From Chitinophagaceae bacterium (GTDB lineage Bacteria > Bacteroidota > Bacteroidia > Chitinophagales > Chitinophagaceae): 38,104 bases of DNA. How positions within the stretch are numbered: the stretch's first letter is position 1; each line of letters begins with the position of its first letter. The notes beneath the pieces are model-generated. The model searched no databases, was not told the DNA's origin, and saw only the letters and a list, made by a program, of their open reading frames with translations. The stretch covers positions 1 through 38,104 of the forward strand of contig JACMLD010000299.1 in NCBI GenBank assembly GCA_014379785.1. Reading direction: 5' to 3'. Below, piece after piece: positions 36,188-38,104 of this stretch. The translations under genes were made by a program, and so were the position numbers.

Positions 36188-36937
36188 CTAAAAACGAATT
36201 CCGACTGATGCTCCAAATCTCAGGCCGGGTGTAAATCCATTATAGGAAGTATAAATTGTTTTGGCATTTTTATCTACCACCACTTCAATCTTGTCTCCTA
36301 CTACGGGAATGTCTGCAAGACGTTTCTTGATGTCTGCCGCTGCTTCATCCGCATCTGCGAGTGTCCAGGCCAGGTTATCATTGATATCAGTAGAAGAAGA
36401 AGAAAACTTTGAGCTGTTGGCCGCTGGTCCGAGTATAAAAAGGTCCAGTGCAACCCTGCGTGCAATGAGCACCTGGTAACCAAGTTGCAGACCTGCACCG
36501 TAACCTTTGTAGGTAAACCGGCTGTCGAGCTGCGCAGGCATTTTATTAAGTTCCGCGTGTATGATACCCTTGCCTTCCATAGAGAGATATTCAAGATAGG
36601 CTTCGGCATAAAATCCGGTCATATCTCTGTTGCCCAGGTAGTACCGGTACGCTGCGAGCATTGATGATGCCCTGGTGCTTACATCGCTGTCTTTTTTATC
36701 GAATGTGATCGTTCTGGGTTTGTTGAATGGAATACCGGCAAATACCAGAATCGATTGTTTGTGTTTGAAATTATATTCCGCTCCGACCGTCAGCTTTCCC
36801 ACTGCGATACCTGCAGGAGAAAACTTCGCAGTTACCGAGGGTTGAAAGTCGTTATAGGTTTGTGCACAGACGCCGGCGCTGATAATGCTGAAAGCCACTG
36901 CAAATACTGCCTGTTTCATGAGTTTGATTTTCTTCAT
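36188..36937 (-). CDS. putative outer-membrane beta-barrel protein
   Basis: Signal peptide MKKIKLMKQAVFAVAFSIISAGVCAQ. Alternating-hydrophobicity strands and a C-terminal ...GIRF, the aromatic terminus typical of OMPs. I prefer the ATG at 36937 to 36955. Confidence 0.55.
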   Translation of the reverse strand: MKKIKLMKQAVFAVAFSIISAGVCAQTYNDFQPSVTAKFSPAGIAVGKLTVGAEYNFKHKQSILVFAGIPFNKPRTITFDKKDSDVSTRASSMLAAYRYYLGNRDMTGFYAEAYLEYLSMEGKGIIHAELNKMPAQLDSRFTYKGYGAGLQLGYQVLIARRVALDLFILGPAANSSKFSSSSTDINDNLAWTLADADEAAADIKKRLADIPVVGDKIEVVVDKNAKTIYTSYNGFTPGLRFGASVGIRF

Positions 36938-37010
36938 AACGATGCCTGAAGCCATATAGTGTATCCGGGAAATAACACTTAGCAGTGGCTAACGGATTGT
37001 TTGTAGGCAC

Positions 37011-37040
37011 AAAAAAATGGCTGCGGTTTTCGCAGCCATT
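37011..37040 (-). terminator. rho-independent terminator of lpd
   Basis: On the minus strand, AATGGCTGCG-AAAAC-CGCAGCCATT (10-bp stem) is followed by TTTTTT. It lies 21 nt after the lpd stop. Confidence 0.78.
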
Positions 37041-37060
37041 GTAACACGTTATCAGAAAAA

Positions 37061-38104
37061 TTAAAGGTGTATCGCTTCGCCGTATGCCACTTCAATTGCA
37101 TCTCTCACGCTTTCGCTGATGGTTGGATGCGGATGAATGCTATTGAGCACTTCGTGGTGTGTTGTTTCCAGTTTGCGGGCCGTGACGGTCTGTACAATGA
37201 TTTCAGTGACATTGTAACCAATCATATGGGTACCGAGCCATTCGCCGTATTTAGCGTCGAAAATGACTTTGATAAACCCTTCTGTTGCACCTGCGGCGCT
37301 AGCCTTTCCTGATGCACTGAGTGGAAACTTGCCGACCTTGATTTCATAACCGGCTTCTTTGGCTTGTTTTTCGGTGAAACCAACAGAAGCAATTTCCGGA
37401 CTGCAATAAGTACATCCCGGCACATTGTTGTAATCCAATGTTTCGGGCTGATGTGCAAATTTCTTTTCGCCGAAGGCGATATTTTCCACGCAGATAATTC
37501 CTTCTTTACTGGCCACATGTGCCAGTGCCTGACCGGGTGCGCAATCGCCGATTGCATAAACGCCCGGTACATTTGTCTGATAGAATTTGTCTACCGTTAC
37601 ACGTCCCTTGTCAGTTTTCACGCCTGTTTCTTCCAGGCCGATGCCTTCGAGGTTTGCTGTTACACCAACTGCACTCAGCACGACGTCTGCTTCCAGGGTA
37701 ATTTCTCCATTCGCAGTTTTTACTTTTGCCTTTACTCCGTTCCCTGAAGTATCAAGACTTTCAACCGAGGCATTGGTCATGATTTCGATGCCATTTTTCT
37801 TGAAGCTTTTTTCGAGCTCTTTTGAAATTTCATCGTCTTCTACCGGAACAATTTTTGGAAGGAATTCTACGATGGTAACTTTTGTGCCCATGCTGTTATA
37901 GAAATACGCAAACTCAACCCCAATGGCTCCGCTGCCCACCACGATCATGGTCTTTGGCTGCTGTGGCAATGTCATCGCTTCCCGGTAACCGATTACTTTC
38001 TTGCCGTCCTGTTTCAGATTTGGCAGTTCGCGGCTTCTTCCGCCTGTGGCCACTATGATATGTTTACCTTCTACTGTTTGTTTTTGTCCATCGGCCTTTG
38101 TTAC
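37061..38104 (-). CDS. lpdA: dihydrolipoyl dehydrogenase (E3), C-terminal about 347 codons; 5' end lies outside the window
   Basis: IIVATGGRSRELP, VVGSGAIGVEFA, GVYAIGDC and C-terminal HPHPTISE. The frame stays open to the window edge; the tracked start at 38053 is an internal GTG. Confidence 0.92.
   Translation of the reverse strand, partial: VTKADGQKQTVEGKHIIVATGGRSRELPNLKQDGKKVIGYREAMTLPQQPKTMIVVGSGAIGVEFAYFYNSMGTKVTIVEFLPKIVPVEDDEISKELEKSFKKNGIEIMTNASVESLDTSGNGVKAKVKTANGEITLEADVVLSAVGVTANLEGIGLEETGVKTDKGRVTVDKFYQTNVPGVYAIGDCAPGQALAHVASKEGIICVENIAFGEKKFAHQPETLDYNNVPGCTYCSPEIASVGFTEKQAKEAGYEIKVGKFPLSASGKASAAGATEGFIKVIFDAKYGEWLGTHMIGYNVTEIIVQTVTARKLETTHHEVLNSIHPHPTISESVRDAIEVAYGEAIHL

Noticed and set aside
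1-38104. A window-wide scan for tRNA or rRNA genes, transposase or integrase genes, phage genes, toxin-antitoxin pairs, restriction-modification genes or other defence genes.
   Set aside because: No T-loop or acceptor-like structures were found in intergenic DNA. No ORF has DDE, tyrosine or serine recombinase, nuclease or NTPase defence-type motifs. All sizeable ORFs are accounted for by housekeeping families or as shadow ORFs.

Overview
This 38.1-kb window looks like an ordinary core chromosomal segment of a Bacteroidota genome. Supporting signs are a fused ~1050-aa SecDF, a long NusB followed by DUF1573-YajC-CoaE, many lipoprotein signal peptides, LytTR and OmpR two-component pairs, and repeated TAnnTTTG -7 promoter boxes. 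I call about 35 protein genes, nearly all housekeeping or metabolic: ppk1/ppx, panB, groES/groEL, nusB, yajC, coaE, secDF, glnS, yggS, lpd, a methylmalonyl-CoA mutase catalytic subunit, an acyl-CoA dehydrogenase, an aminotransferase and a trehalase. I found no rRNA, tRNA, CRISPR array, transposase, integrase, phage gene or recognisable defence or toxin-antitoxin module, so I cannot support a claim of a new multi-gene system here. The points worth a second look are listed below. (1) A GpgS-like (GT81) glycosyltransferase is fused to a HAD-IB phosphatase, a candidate one-polypeptide glucosylglycerate pathway. It sits among stress and osmolyte genes: a tandem USP, an OmpR-type two-component system, a ClC-CBS channel and an MFS-trehalase pair. 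(2) A family of GC-rich nested-palindrome intergenic repeats has four copies at three gene junctions. The copies show compensatory base changes and generate spurious ORFs. (3) A heavily deleted fossil of a CvrA/NhaP2-type K+/H+ antiporter occupies the largest non-coding gap. (4) Two very long AT-rich hairpins (77 and 56 nt) lie at gene 3' ends. (5) Perfect -7 boxes lie only 4-5 nt from three start codons, which suggests leaderless mRNAs. All protein assignments rest on motif recognition from memory; no database search was run.
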